Below are positions 1 to 12,077 of a DNA stretch of 64,000 nt, one piece after another. The notes beneath the pieces are model-generated. The model was not told the DNA's origin. It worked only from the letters and a program-made list of their open reading frames with translations, and ran no database searches. The translations under genes were made by a program, and so were the position numbers. This stretch comes from Nymphaea colorata (lineage: Eukaryota), in contig NC_045138.2 of the NCBI RefSeq assembly GCF_008831285.2, positions 21,948,001 through 22,012,000 on the forward strand, written 5' to 3'. Each line of letters starts with the position of its first letter. Position 1 is the first letter of the stretch.

Positions 1-845
1 TGTATTCGCTTTTCAAATATTCATATATTCAAATTCAAATATTAATAAAGAAAAGTCATATATGAAATCCAACTTCACAATCTGAATCCAATTTTCACAT
101 TCACATATCCAAATCCGAATTTTGAACCAAGTTTGGCAGATTTTCAAAATATGAGAGCATCACTTATAAGATAGTTGTTTAAAAATAAATTCGACTAGAA
201 AATGATTGGATATTTATACATATCTGAATCTGAATCCGATCAGTTGTTATTTTTAAAATATGAATATGATCCGATTTCTTTATCTGAATGTTTAATTTTT
301 TTGGAATGGTTTGGTTGGTTATCTGATCCAAACTAGATAGATTGACATCCACACATAATACCCAAATTACCTTCTATTTTGGAATGAGGGCTCACTTTTC
401 AAAGGAAGCAGGATGAAGCTTTAAAAAGTACATATTTTACATTGTTAAATTTACACTCAAGTTTTTTATGGTTAATTAAAAACAACGGTAAGTTAAAACC
501 CATCAAATCAAATACTAAGTTAATGAAAAAAAAGACATGAGCAGAATGGTTTGCAAATACCCCCAGTCTTGCATAATTTTCTAGCACTCATGAAAATTTT
601 TATTCACTTAACTAATCTTTTCACAAGTTCATCCGGTTCTGACTCGATCTAATCTGTTGACTTAAGTAAGAAGTTAATAGAACTACAGAAATATGATATG
701 TATGGAACAATTGATCTCAAATTTGCTCTGCAAATAAACATAACAACATTTTAAAATTGTATAACAAGCATACAAATAATTCTGAGTATAGCCCGCATCT
801 GCTTCCTGTTCATAAGTTTGATGAGGAAACGTCGCCGCCATTGAT

Positions 846-1072
846 CAAGGGTGGAGGCAGGTAGGGTCTCCCTGGGGTGTATGCCTTATGGAGCCCACTT
901 TTTATAACACTAATTCACTGTTGAAACTTGGTTGAATTTAGATCTAGTTATATGGAACAGTCACACGAGATTTTGCCCATGATCAATTGAAAACTTGGCC
1001 TTAGTTATATAGGACAATTTGTTAATCATATATTTAGTGCTCCATTAAAAAAAAAATCTAGTTTCATTCCTA
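846..1072. mobile_element. hAT-type MITE
   Basis: Perfect 8-bp direct repeat CCATTGAT at 838-845 and 1073-1080. Degenerate termini CAAGGGTGGAGG / TTTCATTCCTA resemble the 15860 element. Confidence 0.6.
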
Positions 1073-2349
1073 CCATTGATGTAACGGAAAGTGAGCTCTA
1101 TAAACACCACACTCATCCAGGGACAGACAAGGGGTGGCCCGCATGAGCCCTGGCCCCGCTCAAAAAAAAAAAAGAATTTTCAAAATCTAAAACCAAGATA
1201 AAATGTTTTTCCAAATTTTATGAGACAATGAACAATCAAAAAGTAAGTGACCATGCGTTTCACTGGCCACTACACAAAAAATAGATTTGGAGGCCAAATC
1301 CAAACGTCTTCTTTACAACCTAGCATCTTTAAGAAATCTACCAAAACTGGCCACATAGGCTATTTAAGACCAAAAGGCATGGTCTTTGACTATCTTGATA
1401 GATGTTAGACTTAAACCATTGATATTTTTAAAAAAGAGTAAATGAATAGTGATCTTCCAGGTGAGCAAGAGATTAACAACTCACTGCTCCAAGAAGAGGC
1501 CTCTGCCCTCCAGGCTCTGAGCTGCATTGAGACTTGGGTGAAGTATGGTACACCCATCAACTAGAGTCTCACAATCCTACCATTTACAATCCAAGAGAGT
1601 AGTACCCATAGGCATCAAACTGGCAACGCGTCTTCTACACAACCGCCTGCCCAACCGGCTATGAATATATCAAATCAAATATCACAAAGGACCACACACT
1701 AGTATTGGCTACTGTTTATCTTAAATCTATTGCGGAACTAACACATGGCAGATCTACTTTAAGATAACCTGCAGATAACATGGTTTGCTTTCTGTTTTAG
1801 AACAAGTTGATCATTCTAGGCACATGCTAACAAACTTTCACATAAACAAGCACCCATACAGCTTGTACCTCAAGCTTACCAGTAAAATAGAAAAACATCA
1901 ATGATACATGAAGAGAAGTGGGAACATAAGTTTTAGTCGCTTGTCAGCATTGATAATCAAATTGGGCCTTACCAACCACATGCAGCCGTCTTCATGGGTG
2001 TTACAAGCATACGGCACAAGATGATATTTTCCCATTTCTTGGGCACCAATACCTGCGATTTATATAAAGGCAGCAACTTGACCCAAGAGAAAATGAAGTG
2101 CACTTCATCAGATACCCATTAGCTTGATAAAATAATACAAAGGGAACTTCTGCGGTTCTTTACCAAGACAGAAAACAAATGAGCAGCTCAAAGCTGTGAT
2201 TAAAGAAAGAAATACAATGTTTATGAATATAAGGAATTAATTGCCAAAGCGCCTAGTATAGCCCAAAAATATTCAACAAGAATAACCCAAATGCCTCACA
2301 GGGTTAATGAATATTTTGACGCTGCATATCTAGTATGGTCTTCAGAATT

Positions 2350-5300
2350 TCAACCCCACTTCACAATTGCAGCGCCCCACGTTAACCCTGCTCCAAAGCC
2401 GGCAGTAGCAATGACATCCCCTTGCTGCACCTGTCCACCACGAATGGCTTCATCCAAGGCCAAAGGAATGGAAGCTGCACTGGTGTTCCCATAGTTGGAC
2501 AGATTTGATAAGACCCTCCCCGTTTGAATTTGCAAGCGCGTTGCAACAGCATCAATTATCCTTTGGTTTGCCTGCAATTTTTACATATCCTGTTGGATAC
2601 ATTTCACAGATGTGATTCACTAGAATGTTTTGCAGAGATATATAATACCTGATGAAGCAATAACCAGTTCAGGTCCGCTGAAGAGAGACCAGCATCACTG
2701 AGAGCTGCTTCTATCACCTCTGGTACACAACGAACAGCAAAACGGAAAACTTCTTTCCCATTCATCTGGATACATGAATAGGAGGATGGTTTAGGTGGGA
2801 CAAATGCTGCCCCATTCTGCTTTGAACTGTCAGCCTTGACGGTAGCATGCAGATGCCTGCTCAGAAGAAAATTTCATGAAGAAATTGTTTTCATAAGCAT
2901 ATGAATCGGCAATAGAAAAAAGTACCTGTGCCCCTGACCATCAGTGCGTAAATCAAATCCAAGCAACCCATCCTCATCTTCTTGGCTTGCCTAAAATTTT
3001 AAAAGCCGTGTTACACGATACAGAAAATGGGACAAGATGCAGATGGATCTGGTACTACATGATAAAGCCCAGGACATAAACATGTAATATATGTAGGTAC
3101 AACATTTTTTGTATTTAGAATTATGTAATCATACAAACTAGAATATGACTGTTATTTCACATGAATATCCATTTGAACGACATTTCTAGGTCATCATGGT
3201 TAAGGACATCAGGCCATAAAGCAAACTTGAAATTGAAATATAATACAGTTGATAACTTTTAGAAGAAAAATAAGGCAATTAAGCAAGTGAATACCAGATA
3301 AGCAATCAAGTTTCTAGAAGCAAAAATAGAAAAGAAATGTTGAATGTAACCAAGACTAGTTTGACTATGTGCAGGAAGTATGTCCTTGGTGTCCAGGTGC
3401 AATATTGACTGTGCAAGTTGAGGAACACATCCAAATTTATGTAAAATAGGTTAAAATCAAAGACAGTGTACTGTGAGTAGAAGAGTACGACATGCAACAT
3501 TCCCATACACTTCAAAGGATTATACATGTTGTAAGACAAGCAACCCAACCAGTCCACTGGAACGTCGCAATCCAGTCAGTCTGCTTTATATTGGCACAAC
3601 TATCCAATCTTCCAACTAAAACCATCAAAAAGTAAGACGCTCAATCATACCTGCACTAACATAGCACCTGCAGCATCACCGAAAAGAATACAGGTACCTC
3701 TATCACTCCAATCCACATAGCGGGAAAGTGCATCTGCTCCAATTACTAAAACATTCTGAAACCCACCTCCTACTCATTGAAACTTCACAAGGATTAATCC
3801 AACAAAAGATATTTGAAAGTAGTTCAAACTTCAAATTATGACAAAGAAACATATAAACCAAGTATTAAGTACACAATGTACCTTTAATATAGCGGGTTGC
3901 TGTTACAAGGCCCAACACGAACCCACTGCATGCAGCTGTTATATCAAAGGCAAGTGCGTGCTTGCAACCAAGTTCTCTTTGGACCTGGCAGTGACTTATA
4001 ATACATTTTGAGTATACATTATGGATTATCCTTTACAGTTTAAACTATTGCCAAATATTTAAATGGAAAATGATGGAGTCTTACCTATACCATTTCAAAT
4101 AAAATGAATAAGACGAAATGGACAATGACATATGCGAAAAGTACAAAAAAATCAAACTACATATATTTATAATAGAGTATCTAATTTTAGGGACCAGCAT
4201 CCCAGCATGCAGCACACCTATCCTAACCTCTAGTCTTGGTTATTCCACTTAATATCATGCAGTTCTTATCCAATTTCTTGCATAGTTGTATTATTTTCCT
4301 TGAGACAGCCAAAACAAGTCAGCACCGAACCACCTCGTCATAACAGGTTGATTCCATGTTCGGTGGGAGATTTTGCATAATCCAGCTTGTTGACTCCATA
4401 ATGAACCAAGTGAATTGCTTAATGTCACATGGGTGCGGGCTGCCGGATGCGGCAAGTTCCAAAAAAAATTGGGTGCGGATGCGGCAATGGCATATTGTTA
4501 GGCACCGGGGATAAAATGGATTGGAATAAAATGGATCAGATCCTCATGGGGCTGATCCAATAGTGTTTATAAATAAGGTCGAAGGACCTTAGTGGAAATG
4601 GAGGAGAGAATACTGAACGCTTTTACCTTCTAGGAAGGGAAGACCCTAATCGGGGATTAGGGTAAGGTGTGTGTATATTATCGGGTTCGTGTTAGCAGTG
4701 GCTAACAAGGTATCAGAGCTAGAGGGCCGCAGAGAGAGTCACCACTCGGGACCCAATGGCAGCCGTGGAGCAACTCGATGGAAGGGGTTCAGGTCGGCGG
4801 ATTAGGGCTGGTCGATTGGAACAGGTGGACAATACCTTCGCAAGGATCAATCAGAAGTTGGGCCAAGTGGACAAGAAGTTGCAGATGATATTGCTCCAAT
4901 AGTGGCAGATGAGGGTTTTGATTGAAGGAAACTCTAGTGTCTCCTGAAGACGTCTTCACAACTTGGCAGCAACAAGGCAAAGAAAAACACCAGGATGATA
5001 GGGCCGAGATGCAACCACCCGCAAACTTATTGGGTGTATTCACTGTCGTAGGGTCTAGCCTCCTACCACCACCAACCACAGTTCAGGTTAGTGGCGACAA
5101 AACATCAATGTTCCAGGAGACTATTGGAATCTCCAATAAGGAGGAGAACGGCTTCATTTCTACCTCTGAGCCACTATTAGTGTCAACTCGTCTCGGAAAA
5201 GAAATTACAGTCAAGGGAGGAGCAAGAAGACCTTCCACAATGCCGCCTCTCAGGTGAGCAGAGCAATCGTCAACAAGATTGGCAACGTTGGCGTGTTGGT

Positions 5301-8300
5301 TCGATCAGCCAAGGACTGCACCATCTTCAAATCAATAGCACCTACAGATCCAGGTATGTTTGAGTCTAGTGAAGTTTCTGTAGGATTCGGGCATCAAGGA
5401 AAGAGGAGAAGGCACATACTACAGCCAGGAAAATCCCCTTGGCTACACTCTGGAGACAGCCTAAGGGTGTGGGTTTCTGCACCCAAAACCATAGTCGTGG
5501 AGAGATTGGTAGTAGCGGATGGAACAATCAAAAAGATGAGCAATTGGGGAGAAACAAAAGTGTTTTTCGACTCTTTGAAGATGCCCATCTTTCCAATGAA
5601 AGGAGCAAGCAAGGATTCTCGGAACAAAGAACAAAAATTAGTCGACTTGGCTGTAGGCAGCAGAATAACTACCGATGATCCAAAAATTGGTGAAAGTAAG
5701 AGTCCAGCAGCAGATGAAGTTGGCCATCTGAGGTATGTGTATTTTCCCTTCCTCATACTTGCTCAGGTTTTATCGCCTTCAACTAGACTGGGACTCCTAA
5801 GATGGAATGAGAGAGGGTTCACAGTGTGCAAGACAGTTAAGCATGATGGATTGGAAGGATGTAGCTGTCGGCTCAGAGAACTGCCTTAGAAGTTAGAAAT
5901 CGAGACCAAGGAGAAAGTTGAGTTGAAATTAGAAATAGAGACGAGGAACACTCTAGTGGGAACATTAGGCGTTTGGATTGCAGAAAAACGGAGTGGTTCG
6001 CCTGTCATCAAATCTGTTTTGGGACTTTTGTCAAAATTGCTTCATGGCGACAGTGCTTGTTCGACCATTGAGCATACATTCACTGAGATATGCTCGGATG
6101 CTATGCTCCATCCACCACATGATTACCTTGTAGGATCATCTCTTCCTTCTAAGTTCTGTCCAGACACCATCTACATGATACTAAAGGATCTCACTCCAAA
6201 TAATCTCAGGATCTTTTGGGAATCAAAGAATTTTAAAAGGCCAGACAGATATGGTGGAGTCGTGGTACCAAACTGAATTTTCTGTTGAGAAAATAACTGA
6301 TGCCATGTTACAAAAATGGATAAATGCATTCCCTAATGAAGAACCTCATTTGCTTGCACCAAATTTATCTGTTCCCACTGATTTAGCAATCAAAAAGTGC
6401 AACAAGCCAAATATCCATTTTTGTGAAGAAAAACTTCTTTTTCAAGATTGTGGTACAAGCCGGATGCCTGCATTCTAAAGGCTTTTGTCAAGATAGATTT
6501 CAGCTGTCCTGAGTCACGCAATTCTTCTGATGCAGAAGTGGTCACTGACATTTTCACACGTTTATTGATGGATTACTTGAATGATTATGCTTATGATTTG
6601 ATGGTTTGATGTACAAGATATCTCAATCTGATTTTGAGTTCCAGTTGACTGTGTTTGGATGCAACCACAAAATGAAACTAAATGAAAAGGTTGCTCAATT
6701 TGAAGTAAAACTAAAAAAAATTCTGTACTTGAGGAAAGCATGGTAAAGGAGTATGAGAACTTCAGGGGGGATGTACTATTCCTCCCTAATATTGGAGGAC
6801 AACCCATGGCCTGGGAGTGATAAACTTGAGGCTCTAGTAAATCTTCTAGCTGAAGGCTTCTCAAAATTTTCTCAACTCTTGCTCTCCTAGACATCTTTTG
6901 AGTGTCATGCTGCACGTAATATTGGGCCTAGTGAAGCAGAGACCTTGCTTCTTGATATTGAGAAGATATTGTTTTATATTCCAGAACAGATATGCAAGAC
7001 TTTGTTTGCTTCACAGTTCTTGACAAATAGAATTGTCAAACTTCAGACTGCAAGAAGCCATTTCTACCCCGTCCAATGCATTAACCAAGATAATGAGAAT
7101 TCTGCACTATTATAATACGTTCAGGTTGATCCGGATGATTTGGTACTACATACTAAGCTTCAGCACTTTGTTCTCGCTGCACAGCACTCAGCATTCCATC
7201 AGCTTCATACAGTTGGGCAGCGTAGTTACATCGCGATACTAATGCAGAGGTATAACTATGGCATTCGAAGATTGCAGTTTATTGCTGAGTCCACTGTGAA
7301 GGAGCCTGGACGGCTTGATGAGAAGGTGGAGGCATTTTTGAAAATGTTTGAAGAATATTTGTCAAGTTTTGGTTGGTCCTTTTTTCTCACGGGTGGAACT
7401 TTTGTTGCTCAGGCACATCCTGGCCATTTGTCAATGGATATAGATTATGAAGACAATCAGGCCTGCATGGAGGCTATCAGGCTAATACTGGAAACACCAC
7501 TGCTTCTTCAAGGTTTTCTTCCTTGAGAAAGAATACACATGAAGAGGTTCATGCCGAAAATATTCATCATCAGGGTCCTTTAAGGGTTACATTTACAAGT
7601 GGAAAGGCAGGGTCTTACTCTCAGTTGGTTCCTCATGCAAAGGAAAGTCTATCAAGACTGGCCGTCGCAAGGTTTTCATCAGACAAGCACTCAGAATTTC
7701 GCAAAGACAACCAGCCGTTCTGTAGTATTTGTGGAAGACACGATAGAGTGTCAAGCCGTGTCTCAGTTTGTGCCAGTCGCAAGGTTGCTGATCACATGGA
7801 TTACTATCACATACTTAAGAATCATGTTGCACCATGGTGTTGTGGACTTCGCAAAGACTTTTGTAGGCAGTATAGAGGATCTGTTCACATGAATATCCAA
7901 GAGAAGCCTGACACTGAATGCAGCTTCTGTGGACGACTAGGTGGTGCATTTCAGAAGACTACCAATGCACAATGGGTTCACGTTACATGTGCTGAGTGGT
8001 TGCTGGAATCAACATATGTGAGAGGACAACCATATACCCAATCGAAGGAATGGAGTCTTTTTCTAAAGAAAGAGATTTGCATACTTGCTGTTTATGCCGA
8101 AGTAAACAGGGTGTATGCATAATGTGTAGTTTTGATGACTGCAATACTACCTTTCATCCTTCATGTGCCAAGGAGGCCAACTTATGTACGAGTGTAAAGA
8201 TTGTTGAGGCAACTATTAAGCATAAAGCTTATTGCAGAGCACAGGGGCCAGATCAGATGGTAAAGGTTGAGTTCACATCTCATGGATCGGAAGAGCTATC

Positions 8301-8582
8301 CATCATCAATAGGAGACTTCTCATCCAGCAGATATTTCTTTCAGCTAACCAGACCTTGAGGACAAGGTGTTTTTTTAAGGGGGGAATATTGTTAGGCACT
8401 GGGTATAAAATGGATCGGATCCTCATGGGGCTGATGTCAATAGTGTTTATAAATAAGGTCGAAGGACCTTAGTGGAAATGGAGAGAGAATATTGAGTGCT
8501 TTTTACCTTCTGAGAAGGGAAGACCCTAATCAGGGATTAGGGTAAGGTGTGCGTGTGTTATCGGGTTCGTGTTAGCAGTGGC

Positions 8583-8623
<41 letters not shown>

Positions 8624-11600
8624 ATCTCTTATATAAGTAATTTTATTTGTCCATATTGTTAATTTTTTTTTTTTTCAAGATTACCTTTATCTCATACAAA
8701 ATTCAAAGTTTTATTAAATAAAATGGGGGAAAAGATAAGAGAAGAAAAAAAAAGAAAAAACAAGAGTGCGGTGAGCAGCACCCGACTCAGTCAAACCGAG
8801 TCGGGTGCCATGTCGGGTCGCACCCGCACCCGAGTCAACTTGGTGCTTGCACCTATGTGACTTAATTTGCTTCTCCAAAGACAGAGACCACACACACTTT
8901 GATTATGCTGAATGTATGGATAACGCATTGAATCACAGATGCTGACCAGCTAAATTTCAGAGGATTTCCACTAAACCACAAGTTTGCTTGCATCTTCTGA
9001 TGACACCCAAAGAATGAGATTCCTTGTAGATGCTAAAGATGGCCTTGTAAACATATATCACACAGCAGGACAAGCAAGCCTCAAGACTAATCATTCAGAA
9101 GATTGGTTTGAATTGACAGTACTGCTTCTAAATCAGCCAAATATTCTCTCTCTCAACAATTACGTTTTTCCAAATTTTCTTTCTTCAGTATTTCCCGACC
9201 ATGAAAAGATAATGTTAGTCATATCTAAGTAGAGTTTTTAAGACAAAGAAGATGGCTGATATTTTTATCTAGTCATGTTACCTAGATACATTATGGATAC
9301 TGTCCCAGATATATTACACTTTCTTCCAGATGCTAATATTGAGACAGTAGTTTCCAAAACATGGACTTTGACACTTGTCTGTAATAATGTCCATATTGTG
9401 GATAAAAACTTCTTCATGTCATAATCATACCACTTTTACAAAATAGGTATTTCTTTTATTCTTCCCTTCTTCAGTGTCATGAGTCTTGACCAATGACTAG
9501 TGGATTATGCAGCTAAATAACTGCTCAACAATCAAAAGGTGCTTTGTCTCTAAACCCTCCTTGCAGCTCAGCAGAATCCATACGAAATTTATGAACAATA
9601 TTCAAGGAGACATTGGATGAATAAACACTGATACTGGACCTCCCATAACAAGGGAAAATATAAAAGTAGAATATATGATAGCAATATTGTTAGGAAGACA
9701 TAGAATGCAATCTCAGAAGGGATGCCCTAAAAGGAAAAAATCAGAAGCTGCCTACAGCAAATTCTGGACAATCAGTTACTAACTTAGTCTAACTTACAAG
9801 CAAAGCACTTTTCCGACCTTATGTAAAAAGGAAAAAAGAAAAAAGAAACGAACCTTTTCTGGTTCCGTCTTTCCCACATATTCCTTTGCATGTGATTATA
9901 GACTTATCGATGTATTATCAAGTGTTACATACTCTTTATTCCTGAACTATTCTTCATTTCAAGATGTTGATCAAACATCTGTTTATTTGCAAGGTATAGC
10001 AAAGATAACAAAAGCAGCAACAGAAATCAGTCAAATGTACCTGAGGGCCAGTTCCAAAAAGATCATCAGGAGTAGATGTGCACATCAAAATTAAGTCCAC
10101 GTCAAGTGCTTCAACTTTGGCCATGTCAAGAGCTTTCCTTGCGGCCTCAGCTGCCAAGTCCGTCAATGTCTCATCCCCTATCCAAGTCTAAATTAGTAAA
10201 CTTTTTGTTTTGACGTTATACAAAGAAGCACTAGAATAACACTCAGATTAATCTTCAAACATGCCATATATCTAGTTATAGGTTTTGCTAAAATAGGAAA
10301 CATAATCATCAATAACTGAAAAATGCAAGAAAACAAAAAAGGGACCATCCAGTTTGAGAAAAGGTGACCTGAAAGGATCCTCCGTTTGCGAATTCCTGTA
10401 CGAACAGATATCCATTCATCTGATGTTTCAACAATTTCAGCAAGATCATCATTTGAAATGCTGAGTTTAGGCACAGCTGAACCGCAGCCAATTAGTTTAG
10501 AACCCTTCCCTACAACTCTGCATTTCCATATTATAGAATAAATAGACAAAGATGGTTATTTCCCTCCTCCAAAAAGAAAGAGGATAAAGTAAGATAAAAT
10601 GCAAACCCAACAACTCAGCATTTGCACTTCCTCAAACAAGTAGCTCGTGTACTTGTTGTCCAGCAAAAGAAAAATTTTAAGATAAAACAGAACTAACAAA
10701 ACCAAGCATCACACTTATAATAACACATTTTCCCATGACAGAATCTACTGTCAGATTTTCACACGCATATAAGATTTCAAATCAAGATGGATGTGACACC
10801 AACGGGTGAGCCCCAGAAAAAAGAAATAAGAAATGCAAGGTATCCATGAACTGTTTGACAATTGACATGGTTAGGTTGGGAATTCCCTTCATTTAAAGAG
10901 TAGAGCTGGACCTTCTAATGCATCATTAGAATGCTGAAATATAATTGATAGGTACTATCTCCACCCTCATCTATGACTCTTCCTACCTTAAGGTCGTGCA
11001 GATTAGATGCTCTTAAATCAAATGTAACAGTTCGTCCAAATGAGGATGCAGATTAACCTACTGCAGTTGGAACAAATACGATCAAATAGCCAAGGTACAT
11101 GATTAATAACATCCACCAACATTTCCATTCATAAGCTCAAAATGTGTTGAAGTTCCCCTTCAAGCCAGAGCTGGACATGCCTTCTAGTTTGTGCATCAGG
11201 TGTCCAAAAGGCTATACATACCATGGCCATCTTTGCATCTTTTTTGTTATTGGGGGGGTGTGTTCAAATGGTCTCACTCGGAAGGGAAGCATACTTATTA
11301 TTAATTGGTCACCGACCGATGGCTTGACAAAGCACATGCAAATTAATTAACAATCATTTAAATAACTTTTGCTTTTAAAGAAAAATAGCTTGCAGGTCCT
11401 ACTAAGTTACGCCATCTACTCTTGAAACAGAGAGCTTGCAGGTCTGCAATGCTTCCCTGCAGCAGAGAAGCAAGCAAACGCACTTGGACTTGTACTATCG
11501 AAACTTAAAGCTCAAACGATCTAAGTGAAAATATTTAGTTGGTACCGCAATGCCATAACAAGTACTATAAAAAACTTTATGGAAGAAGGTCAACAAAAGA

Positions 11601-12077
11601 ATTATTAATGATTGATTCTAGAACAACAAAACAACCATAACACTAGAAGGATAATATTATAACGATCCAACGAAATAACCATAACACTAAAAGGACAATA
11701 TCCCGGTGAAGGATTGAAATTTTCCGTAGACTGCAAACAAGAATGATTTCATACAAGAAAAAAAACTTTTAGTAATGCATATATATTTTGTTCCATGAAA
11801 ATTAAGAACTTGAACAAGCCCCAACATGAAAATCTTTCTTACCATTACCGCAAACGCAGTTACCATCACATAAAACATCAGCTGAAAAAGTAGTCCAGAG
11901 AAAACATACAGACCTTGGGAAACGAGGCTTCGGTGAAGATGAGGATCCCACGGCGGAGTGCTCCTCGAGCATGCTGCATCTGAGGCCAATAAGTCTGTTC
12001 CTCCTCCTCCCCCAACAACGACCAGATCCAGACATCCCCATTGAAGAAGGGGAGAAAAGGTGAGAGGCACTCGCCAT
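2350..12077 (-). CDS. KASIII: 3-oxoacyl-[ACP] synthase III (KAS III / FabH), chloroplast precursor, about 388 aa, 8 coding exons
   Basis: Exons (minus): 12077-11914, 10517-10369, 10177-10041, 3984-3882, 3769-3651, 2990-2926, 2856-2649, 2571-2350. All GT-AG, total 1167 nt in frame. Motifs [24 protein letters not shown] (catalytic Cys), [27 protein letters not shown] (His), [10 protein letters not shown] (Asn), GFGAGLTWG. Ser/Arg-rich transit-peptide-like N-terminus. A probable 5'UTR splice acceptor lies at 12083-12084. Confidence 0.96.
4496..4707 (+). repeat. 5' LTR (212 bp)
   Basis: TG...CA ends and an internal TATAAATAA. Contains a 15-bp tandem duplication (ATAAAATGGATTGGA) absent from the 3' LTR. 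Confidence 0.92.
6100..7363 (+). pseudogene. Processed (intronless) fragment of an insulin-degrading-enzyme-like M16A peptidase, with frameshifts and stops
   Basis: Translations across frames: [154 protein letters not shown]. These are collinear with the middle and C-terminal part of plant insulysin/PXM16-like proteins, with no introns. Confidence 0.88.
7500..8310 (+). pseudogene. Processed fragment of a plant PHD-finger (PZP: PHD-Zn knuckle-PHD) protein, At1g77800-like
   Basis: [10 protein letters not shown]...[22 protein letters not shown]...CSICGR...[38 protein letters not shown], then a frameshift near 8035, then IEGMES...[29 protein letters not shown]...HKAYC...HGSEEL. Several Zn-ligand Cys of the first PHD are mutated. 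No introns. Confidence 0.85.
8390..8587 (+). repeat. 3' LTR (198 bp)
   Basis: Direct repeat of 4496-4707, roughly 90% identical by eye, preceded by the PPT. Confidence 0.92.

Larger units (their letters stand above)
4496..8587 (+). mobile_element. Non-autonomous LTR retrotransposon (Ty3/gypsy, chromovirus-like ends) carrying captured host cDNA fragments
   Basis: Two direct repeats bounded by TGTTAG...CTAACA (4496-4707 and 8390-8587). PBS AGGTATCAGAGC (4708-4719, tRNA-iMet type). PPT AAGGGGGGAATA (8377-8388). LEDKVFF integrase-tail-like remnant at 8355-8375. No RT/RNase H/integrase core motifs seen in any frame. Confidence 0.92.
4421..8864. mobile_element. hAT-type MITE (about 350 bp) split by the LTR element
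   Basis: Left end AATGTCACATGGGTGC (4421) matches the reverse complement of the right end, TAAGTCACATAGGTGC (ends 8864). 8-bp TSD AATTGCTT (4413-4420) / ATTTGCTT (8865-8872). GGGTGCGG/CCGCACCC subterminal repeats on both halves. Confidence 0.75.

Noticed and set aside
7523..8472. ORFs 7523-8122 and 7996-8472 as a functional nested PHD-finger gene
   Set aside because: They have no ATG start, contain a frameshift and mutated Zn ligands, and the second ORF runs into the 3' LTR. Treated as captured pseudogene cargo.
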